DNA of 60,889 bases, counting the filler, from Sphacelaria rigidula (Eukaryota): the NCBI GenBank assembly GCA_964200075.2. It is 9 parts of 9 records of this genome, joined end to end, with 100 filler letters (N's around TTAATTAATTAA, not from the genome) between each part and the next. Parts side by side here need not be neighbours in the genome. Positions count along the whole stretch, not along the records: positions 6,778 to 13,454 come from CAXNAA020018688.1; positions 13,555 to 20,231 come from CAXNAA020018689.1; positions 20,332 to 27,008 come from CAXNAA020018690.1; 6 more parts are not named here. One strand, given 5' to 3'. Made by a program: the position numbers and the translations under genes. The notes under the pieces were generated by a model that saw only the letters and a program-made list of their open reading frames with translations, searched no databases and was not told where the DNA came from. Shown here piece after piece: positions 10,330 to 21,483 of this stretch (its first letter is position 1; each line of letters opens with the position of its first letter).

Positions 10330-12870
10330 TGAATCCCTGGGTGGTCAGTTAAAGTGCGACGAGCAATCAATCAATCAAACGGGGATGCGTCTGGGAACCC
10401 TGGCGCTTACAACCTTCGAAATGGTCAGTGTAGAAGGTGATCGTAATCGCATCGCTTTTGGATACTTGGAGAAGGCGAACTGTATAACTGACCGAGACGC
10501 GCCCGCAATGAAAGCTACCCTTAAGATCGACGATGGCGATGTCTTCGACCTGATGGATGAGGCGAGCACGATTCGCCATGAACTCTCCCTGTTGAAGGTT
10601 GTGATCAACTTGACCGAGACGCGCCCGCAATGGAATCTACCCTGAAGATCGACGACGACGACGTATTCGACCTGATGGATAACGCGAGCACGATTCGCCA
10701 TGAATGCTCCCTCTTGAAGATTGCGACCAGCTTGACGCTGAGGTCACACCTCGACGAAGCCTCGGACGATTCTAATTGGGTTCGTCAATCCAAGAAACTT
10801 GATGGCTACTTCAAGCACGGCGGAAGGGGAGTGCACGAGAGAATGGGTACTGCGCGAGGATGATCTCGGACTGCCGCTGGTGAAGTGGTCCAAGACGGAG
10901 AAGCGGGTCACTACCAAGTCGACCCGTCGATACGTCAACGACCTCCTCTTTTCGGGAGAAGGAGGGATGTTGAAGCTGGCCCAGTATCATTTGACACTCT
11001 CCATCTCCGAATTCACAGTCGACTTGTGGATGACGAAGTTAGGGTATACGTTCGAGAGGCATGGCCGATCACATTACACTGGCGTCGACGACAGGTCTGA
11101 CGTGTGGGAGAGCGGTAGGGGACAGGTACGTTAAAGAGGAGCGGGATATCGCACTGCGGCAACCGCTCTGGGTGCAGGTGCAAGCGGCATCTCTATCGAT
11201 ACGGGAGCTGGCGAAGCTCGATGAGGTGAAGGAGACGGGCGACGAGGCTCTACGTGGAGGCACACGATTCCGAAATTGATGGCGGGGTGGGCATCGAAAT
11301 CCATGTTGACACTACTGAATGGTGGCGGGGTGATCAAAATGTTTGATGAACTCCGTAAGGCTCATGCACCAGAGGATGGGCACTGTTGCGCTCGCTTCCC
11401 AGAGCTGACGATGCTTCCTGCATTGCGCATCATTCTGAGGGCAAGTGCAAGTATCTTCTGGACGTTTGCTCCCTTGGGAGGATGGAAGCATATACAAAAC
11501 GTACTCGCTCGACGGCAATGGATGAGAAATCCAGGAATTGCGTTGCTCGCGGAAAAAGAACCGAGGGGCCGGGGGAGACGGTTCCAGCTTCGGTTTGTCT
11601 CTGTTGGAAGAAGAGCTAGAACTCGTGAAACGGGCGCGCGGAGATGTGAAAAATGAACCCGGAAGTGCGGTTTCTTGTTTTCGGCAACAACGGTGGATAC
11701 CGGGAGTTCGCTGAGATCGAGGAACAGGTGGCGGGTGTGATGGATGTTCGAGAGGTCACTTAACTGCCCAAGCAAGTAGTCATCGAGGTGGATCACTCTG
11801 CGGGACTCGCGAAAATGCGTAACGGTTCATTGCATGCATCTAAGATGAACGTGAAATACGGGGGGAAGCAAAAGATACTACGGGCATCCGCCGTTACCGA
11901 GAGGTGCTTGGGTCTGGGAGAAGCGAAGATGTACCTCGCTGACGGGATGTGAAACGGCGGGATGTGACAGAAAGTTCAGCGAACGAGCGGTGGAAGTCGA
12001 CATGAAGTTCAAAGTGGGCGACACGCAAATTTAAGCAATTTGCGTCAGATGCCCCCGCTCCCCCCCCCCCCGCCCCCTGCTCCGTCTCGAGAGTCATGCG
12101 TGGTAATTGGTCGAACGACTAAGGCAAGCAACAAAATGAGGACGCGACCCTCCCCATCCCCTTGCCCGTTACGACTGGGGTGACCCGCTCAAAGATATTC
12201 TCGTGGAAACGAAGCAGACCGAGAAAAAGTCGCCTAGGGAGGACGGTGCTGGCGTTTCGCAGGAAGGGCAAGCAGGGGGTGTACCGAGCGGAGCGGCAGC
12301 AGTGGAGGGCAGCATGAAGTTTCAAGGAGGGATACGCCGGTATACCCAACGATATGAAGGATATGAAGCAGCAGCTATGGGAGCGCGGACGAGGAGTCGA
12401 CGGGATGGGGACAGGAGAGAAACTCGAGCCGGAGAGGAACATGGCAACTGCCCTAGGCGAGCTGCCGGATTTTCACAACGAGAAAACTGCTTTCCAGCAC
12501 TCGGGAGAGAGGGGGCATATTCTGGTGCTGTCGCCGAAATGCCACCCGGAGGTTGCAGGGAGTTGGATGGAGTATTCCTGGGTACTGTTCAAGCAAGAGT
12601 TTCGGGGAAACATGAAGGACAAGGTGGCGAAGAATCTTCACGCCAGCATCCTCGAGTCGCCGTCCTTCAATCTTTCGACAGTGGGGGGAGTGAGATGGAT
12701 GCTTCGCACAACGCGTTCGAGACTTGTGCCGGGCGTACCACGCAGGCGGTGACCTCTCCGAGGGGAAGCCCGGAGTCGAGGACATGCGCAGGAGGCACAA
12801 GGCATACCGCAATATACTGGACATGGAGCCTGCCTTCGTCGACATGCAATGAAGATACGAGTTTGGTTTG
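10330..12870 (+). pseudogene. Decayed IS630-Tc1/mariner-like (Ant1-type) DDE transposase
   Basis: Frameshifted pieces carry motifs in the expected order: WEDGSIYK (about 11475-11500, first D), KRTEGPGE, VIEVDHSAG (about 11779-11805, second D), MNVKYGGKQ, KQQLWERG, LPDF, and ILVLSPKCHPEVAGSWMEYSW (12519-12580; PKxHxE...E catalytic motif). Confidence 0.7.
12078..12150 (+). mobile_element. Short CCHC-LINE 3' fragment inserted into the transposase pseudogene at a C-tract
   Basis: TGCTCCGTCTCGAGAGTCATGCGTGGTAATTGGTCGAACGACTAAGGCAAGCAACAAAATGAGG is preceded by the C-tract at 12052-12077 and followed by CCCTCCCCATCCCC. Confidence 0.8.
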
Positions 12871-14029
12871 ATGATGGAGATGCGATGGAGCTGGGCCGGA
12901 AGGGGCGGGGGGGAGGGGAAGGGCACAGGGTGGGACTCGGAGTGATTCCGGCTCTGTTAATAGGTACTCGTAGTATTAGCACTCGTAGAGTATTTCATGG
13001 CGGTTGCACAGGCTCCTTGACGACGAGTGCATTCGTGCGACATACATATCACAGATCAAACCCTCTTCGCAGGGTTCAAACGCACCCCACTACAGTGTCG
13101 GCTACAGCACAGGAATGATGGGGGGTCTGAGCACGAAACATTTTGTTCTCTGTGAAAAATACATCGAACGCAGCAGTTCATGACATTTCCAACTTTGACA
13201 AGACAGCACTGCGTGCTGACCGCAATTGTTTTGTACAATGTGGAACACAACAACGGCGCAGTAGCTCAGGCAATCCCAGCGGAGACCTGACCGTTTCCGC
13301 GAGATCCAAGCCCAGTACAGGACAGTGACAACTATACAGCATACCAGTAAGATTAGGGGCGAAGTGTGTTCGTGCTGCAGTATAGTAGTCAGCTTCAGAA
13401 ATTTTCAGAATTCGTAGTTGTCCTTTTTTCTGAGTTTTCCTGGAGTACCGTTCTNNNNNNNNNNNNNNNNNNNNNNNNNNNNNNNNNNNNNNNNNNNNTT
13501 AATTAATTAANNNNNNNNNNNNNNNNNNNNNNNNNNNNNNNNNNNNNNNNNNNNTGATCATGATTACACCCCCCCGCCCCCCTCCTCATGTTTGCTCCCT
13601 ACAGCGCCGGACGCCGCGCACGGCGGGCAGCGCAAATGTTGCCCGTTAGCTTCTCTGACTCCGCGGTCCTACACTTCGTACTTTTTGTACCAACAGATTC
13701 GAGCATCTACTTTGATCGCTTGTTTCAGACAGATCATCGTCAGTCTGACGTGTGATGGACTAGGCACGCACAAGAGCCCAACGCGCGACGATTTGAGGCC
13801 GAGCTTTCGCAACGTGTGGAGTTCCTACTTTTGTGACACCATGTTGCCGCCCATTGCTACCAAGAATTACATTAGAATTGTGTCAAATCTGTTGAGAGTT
13901 GCACGTTAGCCTCAACCAACACACCGTGCACGCTGCAGTAACGTATATATATATAAAAACGGCCCGTCCCATTCGTAGCACCGTTACGCATGGCAGGCGA
14001 AGGTGGGGGTTATTGTGAGCTAATCTCAC

Positions 14030-14152
14030 CCGCTGGCCGAGCTCCTCGAGGACACGACGCTCGTGATGCGCAAACTTGGCCACGATGCTGGGGCCGTAAT
14101 CCATCTGCTCCTCAAGCGTGAAGTGCCATAAGTAGCCGTGTTCTTTGTAAAC
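14030..14152 (-). CDS. Exon of UIM/MIU + PH-like domain protein (VYKEHGYLWHFTLEEQMDYGPSIVAKFAHHERRVLEELGQR)
   Basis: cccatcag| acceptor and |GTGAGA donor, 123 nt, phase 0. It continues in frame from the 16259-16561 exon and completes a PH-like strand/helix pattern. Confidence 0.7.
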
Positions 14153-15544
14153 CTGATGGGCGTGGATGCAAAAAATGCACCACGTGACGATGATGATGCA
14201 TCGCATGAAAAACGAAGAAACAAACAAAAAACGGAGATATAAAGGGTGACGGATCACACGATAATAGTCAGCAACAACACGGGAAGGGTTCGAAGTCACA
14301 CCTACAGGAAGCACCAGAGCACTATCAGCACCTGAATTCATGAGACGAAGAAAAACGGCTGGGTTCAAGTCAGTTCAGTTGACGAACGAATGTGCGCCCC
14401 CAAAAATAATTCCATCGGGGTTTCATTCTTGGACCGTTCAAACTCACGAACAGGGGGTCAAGATTCGGTGTGTGTTGCGGTGGTCATTGACGCGGCAGTC
14501 CTGTGCTGATGGGAACAAAAAAGCGCGCGACACAGGAACGAAATCGCTACACACAAACACATATGCAGACACCCGTCGCACAGAAGCACTAGCTCTTGCC
14601 TTAGGTGACGGGGGGGTATCGCAACGATGTAGGAGTCATCACCCAGGATTCCCTCATCTGCTGATTGTGAGTTTGTATATGACAAACACAGTTGTGAGCA
14701 AAAAAGCTGACGCGACGGTTGCAAGGTTAAACCTGCAAGAGTAATACAACAAGGACGTATCCAAACTGAAAGCATGGGCTATTACCTAGCAGTAGCACCA
14801 TGCAGTATATTGTTTTCAGTGGAGAGCGATGGCACGCTGAATGTCTCTTGCCGTTGCACCCCGCGAAGAAATTTGATACACATGCTGACTCTGCACGCGT
14901 TAGACTGCAAGGCCATAACCGATCAGGGGCTCTCCGGGATTACTTTCGTTCTAGATGCCGAATGAAAAAAGGCGTTTTGCGTAGCAAGAAAATAGTTCAA
15001 CCCCAAATGTCGCATATTCCATCTCAGTCCACCCGCGGGGGGGTCGCTGCCCAAGGGTTCAAACAGTCTATATGCAGTTTTTGCGCTATTCCACGTGTCT
15101 GAGGTGTGCATACCTGGGGTGTAACGCTGAAAACAAAGCCCAAAAACAGATTGATTCGTGCGGCAAGACACATTTACACCATTAGGGCGAAACTCTTCAG
15201 CCGATTCAGTATTCGCCCGACCCTTGGAACCTTTTTGCAACCGTCCCCTCTCCTCCCCTCCCCGGGTTAGACGCCTCACTACTTCCAGTCTTGGGAAGGG
15301 AGAACAGACGGACACGAGAAAGATCAACCGCGACCATGAATACGGGGAAAGGGCGAAGAAGGGTATACGAGCAACTTATCAGGCACATACACAAAATGCC
15401 ACCCCGGTGCGGATCGTCAAGTTATCAGTCGCAGTATAAAAGCCCTCGAGCGCAAACCGACGGTCTGGAGTAGTCGACCTCATTCTTCAACAGTATAACG
15501 CGTCATTTTTTAAAATATGATGGCAACATGTACATGGGGGCATC

Positions 15545-15690
15545 CAAGACTGAAGGAAGGTGGAGTACTATTATAAAAACAAAAAATTCCTGGGTTGGCC
15601 TGCCTCCTGTGTGACCCCGGCTGATGCGCCCACCGAAAGGTGTAGACTGGTGCGTAGATTAGATGGGGTGACAACAAACAACACACATAG
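15545..15690 (+). mobile_element. 3' fragment of tRNA-derived SINE (intronic)
   Basis: CCTCCTGTGTGACCCCGGCTGATGCGCCCAC...AGATGGG..ACAACAAACAACACAC matches the SINE 3' half. Confidence 0.7.
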
Positions 15691-16258
15691 TTCTTAACCG
15701 CTAGTTTCGGTCTGGATGGGGTACTCATGCTCGTCTCGCTCATGGAAAATAAAATAAAATGTCGTGCTGCGAGTCGCATGAAGCTTTGCACATCTTGGGT
15801 TCAGAGGGCGAGTAGGGTACTAGGGTATTTCTACGCCACATATTTCTATAGGCACGCACATGTTCATTTTGCTTTTGGCCATATCGTCATATCGTCTATT
15901 GCATAGTCTGTGCAGATATCGAGGAACCGTTAACGGCACGGCCAAAACGAGTCAGCGACTAAATCTGAAACGAAGGGATGCGCGTGTCAACGTGAATTCC
16001 CAAATAGCTCTAGCTAACCGCCGCATAACTACAGCACAATTTTGATGGTGGCGAGGCCGGTTCGGCGAAAACCCGGCGTGCTCTGCCTCGGCTCGATAGG
16101 GATTATGACTACGGCATGCAAGGGCATAAGTACAACCATTCACGTCGGATACGTCCATCTTTGTATCGAATGACCACGACAGAATCCACTGCAGACCACT
16201 CCATGTGCGACAACCAACAACTAACAAACGAATCGAGCATGCCAGTCATTCCTCTCAC

Positions 16259-16561
16259 CTTCCGCTTGAGCCTGGTGAGCGTATGGTTGTGCTTCACCTC
16301 CACTCGCTTCTTGATCATCGTGCCCCTCGGGTTATACATATGGTCGTCCCTGGACCTATACAGCAGCAACAGATCCGGCAACTCGAAGATAAAGTAAGTG
16401 CTCTTCCACTTCTTCACCAGCAACGTGCGCACCGAGATCCGAGCGAAGCACTCCCCATCCGGCCTGCCCCCTGCCGCCTGTCGGGGCCTCGTCCCCGGCA
16501 CCTCCCGCCCCTCGTAGCGAGATCGCCCCCCCACGTCAGCACGTATCGGCGAATCATCGAG
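16259..16561 (-). CDS. Exon encoding the N-terminal half of a PH-like domain
   Basis: ctccacag| acceptor and AG|GTGAGA donor, 303 nt, phase 0, GC3-rich codons. Translation includes GECFARISVRTLLVKKWKSTYFIFELPDLLLLYRSRDD, a PH-like KKWK.YF...LLLY pattern. Confidence 0.75.
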
Positions 16562-17007
16562 CTGTGGAGATTGATCAAAACGGCGGCGGTTAAGGGTGTG
16601 TGTACGGTTCTTACGCATCACTTCTCTTGAACGTAGTTGAAAAAAAAATGCTTTGATTGCTCGAGTTCGCAAAGCTGCAACAGTGGGTGGAAAGATTGAT
16701 ATGATTGGCATCATTGACTAGAACGCCAAAGGATACGTACGAGAGCACTTCTGAAATATACTCCTCGTTTTTCCTTCCTGCCTCCTTTTTTAGGAAGAGT
16801 TAGAAACGGAGTTGACACTGGAGCTTTGCAAACTCTTCACGGGATTGATCACAACGCCGACGGAATGGTATCTAGATATATATCCATGTCTAAAGGTGAC
16901 ACCAAATGATATTACGAGAAGTTGGGAGTATCATGCTTTCCGGCGCCTCTACGAACCAAGTTGGGGCAAAGGCAAAATAAAGGAGGGGTTCTCCACAGCT
17001 TTTCACC

Positions 17008-17368
17008 GGTCGCTCCGGTGGCTCAGCGGGTAACTTCGAAAGTTCCTGACGGTTGGGTCGTGGGTTCGAATATCGGCAGTTACACGATCTGAGATTATTT
17101 CTCGCACCATGCCCAGCGGTGGAGAGCGACCATATTGTGGGTACACAGAATTTAACGCCACGGTCGACGAGGGGAAGGACCCGCTGAACTCCTCTCGCGA
17201 TAAAAAATACAGCAAGCACCTCAGAAGGAATGTGGTGTGCCGAAACAAGATGACAAACGAAGAAAACTCCCGTGTTGGCGTTTTTCCTGTGTGACCCTGG
17301 CTGATGTGCCCACATATATCGGAAGCTGTACATTGGCGTCCAGAATAGATGGGATAACAACACAACAC
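17008..17368 (+). mobile_element. tRNA-derived SINE, near full length
   Basis: Pol III A box TGGCTCAGCGG (17019-17029) and B box GGTTCGAAT (17063-17071), followed by the family body and an AC-rich tail. Confidence 0.8.
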
Positions 17369-18616
17369 TTTCACTGGTCTGAACCAGAGAGTCGCATGTT
17401 TCTGTTGTGCCGTGGAACATCTCTGCTGAATTCACAAGGTCATCTACGACATCAAGAGTACAAGATGATATTTGATCACATCTTCAATAACAGAATATTA
17501 GGTCACACGTTTAATACTCGTCCTCTCAGCCATGTCTTCGTACACGAAGAATCAAGTGCCCGCATATTTCGAACATACACTATACAAACAGGTCATATTC
17601 CATTGCTGGATAATAACGGACGCCACGACAACACTGCTGGATAACGATATACGGTCGTGTACCCTCATTATTATTAACGTGAAGCGACGCCATCCCGGAG
17701 CTTCATGTCATCTTTCAAACACACGTGAAAGCCGTCGTGGCATCACCATATCATCAGTGCAGGGGGGTGAGAGCGAGCAGCGAGGAACTTGCACATCTTG
17801 GACAATTTCTAGTCAATAGTTGCAATATCCGATACTTGATGCAGGATATTCTTTTCGTCTAATGAAACTTGCGATTATTCATTGTTCAGATTGAGCAAAT
17901 CTGACAAAATCTATCTTTAGAAGTATGGAATACACATCAAGTTTGCTGTTGAGACGGGAAATGTATTTCGCCTGAGAAATCTTCCCATGTGTCGACAAGG
18001 TTTTCGCTTCTTGTGCTCAAATACACCCCATATATATATATAAATATATATATGTCATCTGAACGACAAAATTGCATAGTACATCACAAGTGTATACAGA
18101 CCCCACCATGGTTGACTCGCGATAAACAACAAAGCATCACCTTCAAATAAAACATATATCACCACACACGCTATCGACTGAGGGCCCTACTGATTACAAC
18201 ACCTAATCCGTCATCCATCAATTCAGTCAGTCTGTTTGTGCATGGGACCATACATTCACGTACTCCAAAACATTAGCATGTTTGAGCCATACCCCACAAA
18301 ACTAATTGCGTGCATCATGATCCAAAATCCTGTAGAAGCCGAGATAATGATAACGCGGAGACTGACTGTGTTGACAGGTTCCAAGATTGTCGCAAACACA
18401 ACATGGACGGAGGGACGAACGTCTGAGTCTGCTCAGCATAGTAGAAATGACTCGACAGAATGCCTCCTATTACAGACAGTAAAACCCATCACAAGGAGCA
18501 CATGAATTACACTCTGGAGAACATTATTGACACATCAACATATTGCCACCTATAATATACCAACTTCCAATCCGATCTCGCAAAATCATGAGGACGAATA
18601 AAGATATGGGTCTTAC

Positions 18617-18683
18617 GTTCGATGCACGCTCCTCCTCCTCTCGCTGTAATTTCAAGGCAAGCGCCAGGTCTTCCTGCTCCTGC
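18617..18683 (-). CDS. Exon encoding a ubiquitin-binding UIM/MIU-like helix (QEQEDLALALKLQREEEERASN)
   Basis: gttgtgcag| acceptor and |GTAAGA donor. It ends in phase 0, compatible with the 16561 exon. The ED.ALA..LQ.EE pattern is MIU/UIM-like. Confidence 0.6.
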
Positions 18684-19088
18684 CTGCACAACGTACACGA
18701 CACATTCCATCAAATGAGCAATGCGATGGAAACAAACATAACCCTTCCAACACCACCAACTCGGCAATTCCGTCCGAAGAAGCGGGCGATCATTGGGTGA
18801 CAAACAGGTGACGAGACACTCATCAGGAAGATGAAAGACACCTCTCGTGATGGATAGAGGAACAGCAAGACAGAAATAGACATGGTGTTCGGATGAGCTA
18901 CGTTTCTCTCGCTATTGCTCTGGTAGGTAGCTCTGCCCGAATGACTTTCACCGCCTAGCCGCTGGAAACATATCACACACAAAACAAAAAACGAGGGGAG
19001 CAACAAGACATGTATTTGTGTTGTGGTCATTACGGCGACTTTGAAAAATTTTGCTGCCACCCCTCCATCGCTGCCTTGTACCAAGTTA

Positions 19089-19387
19089 AACAATGTTTTC
19101 GTGAGATTGAGAGTAGAGGATACGATTGAGAGTGAAAAGCGGTCAACTAGTGAGTGAATCGTTTTTGTTCCGAAATGCCCCTCCCAAGGCCCGATATGCA
19201 TTCTGTGGTAGCTTGGCACTGAGGCCCTGGACATACCCGAGTAGGATATCGACGTGTAGCTGTAAGCACACGCCAGTGATCAAGGCAAGGAATAGCACAC
19301 ACGGGATGAAAAATTGGCTATGTTGAAGCGAATGATCAAAGCCACTCTCAATCAGCGCTCTACTCTCAATCTCACGAACACGGTGTT
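19089..19387. mobile_element. MITE, about 300 bp with about 30-bp TIRs, copy 1
   Basis: AACAATGTTTTCGTGAGATTGAGAGTAGAG ... CTCTACTCTCAATCTCACGAACACGGTGTT. A full-length homolog lies at 21178-21483 on another scaffold. Confidence 0.8.
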
Positions 19388-19799
19388 GTTACTTGTCTTT
19401 TCCGACGCACTTTTCCCTCGACGATACTTTGTTCAATCTTTTTCACGGCATCAGAGGAGCATGGGAAAAAAAAACATGTGCCGAATTTCTCTTGCATATT
19501 CCCAGGAAGGTACAGGGCGAACGGTAGGTGGGGCAGATGACGCCGTCCTTAAGAGATAAAGGTACCAGGTTACCTACGAGATAACCCACCCCCTCTCCCC
19601 CCCGGATTTAGGATTGATTGGTTTTCGCACTTTGACTGACCCCCAAGGGTCCAGCCGTGGTCGCATGATAGACGTACGCAAAAAAAGCAACACTGAAACA
19701 TTCCCTGAAGGAAAGAAGGAACAGAAAACAAGTCCAACAGAACGACATAGTAGACTAGTACGTAAAAAAAAAGACAGATTTAAGAAGGCAACAAAAGCA

Positions 19800-20160
19800 A
19801 AGTACAGAAAGAGATCCATGCAATGTTGAAATGGTGAGACACCGAAGAGGCAGTATAACCCGTAGCTATCTCTGGAAGTGGCGATACCAGTAAATGAAGC
19901 AAGTCATTTGAGGATGTTACCCTACGCAAGATAGTTGGTACGCTTCAGGCCGAATAAACCTAGCAGGATGCAGCATCCCTCATGCTACACGCCGGACACA
20001 TCACGTTGCCTCACGCTCGGTGATTGCAAGCCTGGTCCGGCGGAAATCCGATGCGCTCCGTCCCGGCTTTGAAGGGATGCCATATCGATGATTTCATGAA
20101 AACGGCATGCAATATCGTGAGTACCCCTCCCCTCGTCCCCCCCCCCCCCCCCCCCCCCAA
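19800..20160 (+). mobile_element. Diverged relative of the CCHC-LINE 3' end, ending in TGAGTAC + C-tract
   Basis: GCTCCGTCCCGGCTTTGAAGGGATGCCATATCGATG...GGCATGCAATATCGTGAGTACCCC is colinear with the main family tail GCTCCGTCTCGAAAGGGATGCGTGGTCAATG...GGCAAGCAACAAATGAGTAC. The 5' limit is approximate. Confidence 0.5.
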
Positions 20161-20187
20161 CTTTTTGGGAAAAAAAACTTTTTACAA

Positions 20188-20222
<35 letters not shown>

Positions 20223-20331
20223 CACGCCCCCNNNNNNNNNNNNNNNNNNNNNNNNNNNNNNNNNNNNNNNNNNNNTTAATTAATTAANNNNNNNNNNNNN
20301 NNNNNNNNNNNNNNNNNNNNNNNNNNNNNNN

Positions 20332-20560
20332 CTGCGAAGGAAATAAAAAATTACCGTCTGTTGGCGGTAAATTACCGAGGAGTACCCTGAAAAAAAGTAA
20401 AAAAGCACCACGGAAGGACGGTGGGGTACCAAGACGAGAAAATCAATGAAAACCTTTTGTGTTGACCTTCGTCCTGTGCGATCCAAGCTGATGCGCCCAC
20501 ATATATCGCAAGGTGGAAACTAGCGTCCAGAATAGACGGTATGGCAACACCGAGCAAAAC
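20332..20560 (+). mobile_element. 3' portion of tRNA-derived SINE at scaffold start
   Basis: TTGTGTTGACCTTCGTCCTGTG..GCTGATGCGCCCACATATATCG...GCGTCCAGAATAGACGG matches 26270-26360. Confidence 0.7.
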
Positions 20561-20861
20561 ACAAACAGGGAATATCGCCATCACACGTCTTGGACACTTG
20601 CATCGCCCCATCAATAGAACTTCAGCCCACTTTCCAGATTCCCTTGGCGCCAAGGTTTCGAAAACGGCCTATAAAAAATATTGTCGTTGAGAAACAAGAT
20701 GCTTCGCCTGCAGGTAATGCCACAAAGGGGGCTACAGTAGTAGATTCTTCTCGGTGGGGCGATGCAGTCCAACTCGTGTAGTCAGATATTGTCTTTGAAA
20801 ATGAGGTTTAACATTGAAACAAGGCTCAACCTCAAAAGAGTGCTCCTTCTGACCTGAAGAA

Positions 20862-21124
20862 ATGACACATGACTTTCACGTGGACCTCATGACCGCTTAC
20901 CTCCGTGAAATTACTTACCGGGGTTTCCCGTATTCCGATCCCCCGCAGGTTATGCGCAAAAACATCATTTTCTGGCTCACAGTGTCCCTTTTTTCACCCC
21001 GAAATCGAGGCAATAAGGTGCTTTCGCATAAATACCCTTTGGGTACGAGGATGACGGGAAACCCTCATGAATAGTTCAAGGAGGTAGGGGGCATGAGGTC
21101 GTCTATATGAATGTCATTTGTCAT
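20862..21124. mobile_element. Foldback MITE (about 260 bp)
   Basis: ATGACACATGACTTTCACGTGGACCTCATGACCGCTTACCTCCGTGAA is an imperfect reverse complement of TTCAAGGAGGTAGGGGGCATGAGGTCGTCTATATGAATGTCATTTGTCAT. The inner GGGTTTCCCGT and ACGGGAAACCC also pair. Confidence 0.7.
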
Positions 21125-21177
21125 GGCGTTAGATCAGGGAAATAAATCAATGGTTTGGAGTTGAACGACATTTTAAT

Positions 21178-21483
21178 AACAATGTCTTAGTGACATTGAG
21201 AGTAGAGGATACGATTGAGAGTGAACAGCGGTCGATCAGTGTATGAATCGTTTCAAATCCGAACTGGCCCTCCACGAGGCCCAATGTGCTGCTCTCTGTA
21301 GTAGTTCGCCACTGAGGCCCTTGATATCCCCGAGTAGTAGGGTATGAATGTGTAGCTGTAAGCACACGCCAGCGATAGAGGCAAAGAAAAGCACACACGT
21401 AATGAAATAATGGCAAAGTGAAAGCGAATGATCGAAGTCACTTTAAATCAGCGCTGTACTCTCGATCTCACGGAAACCTTGTT
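21178..21483. mobile_element. MITE, about 300 bp, copy 2 of the 19089-19387 family
   Basis: Colinear similarity over the whole length, with TIRs AACAATGTCTTAGTGACATTGAGAGTAGAG and CTGTACTCTCGATCTCACGGAAACCTTGTT. Confidence 0.8.

Noticed and set aside
17008..17080. tRNA gene
   Set aside because: A and B boxes are present, but there is no complete cloverleaf and it continues into a dispersed repeat body; it is a SINE head.
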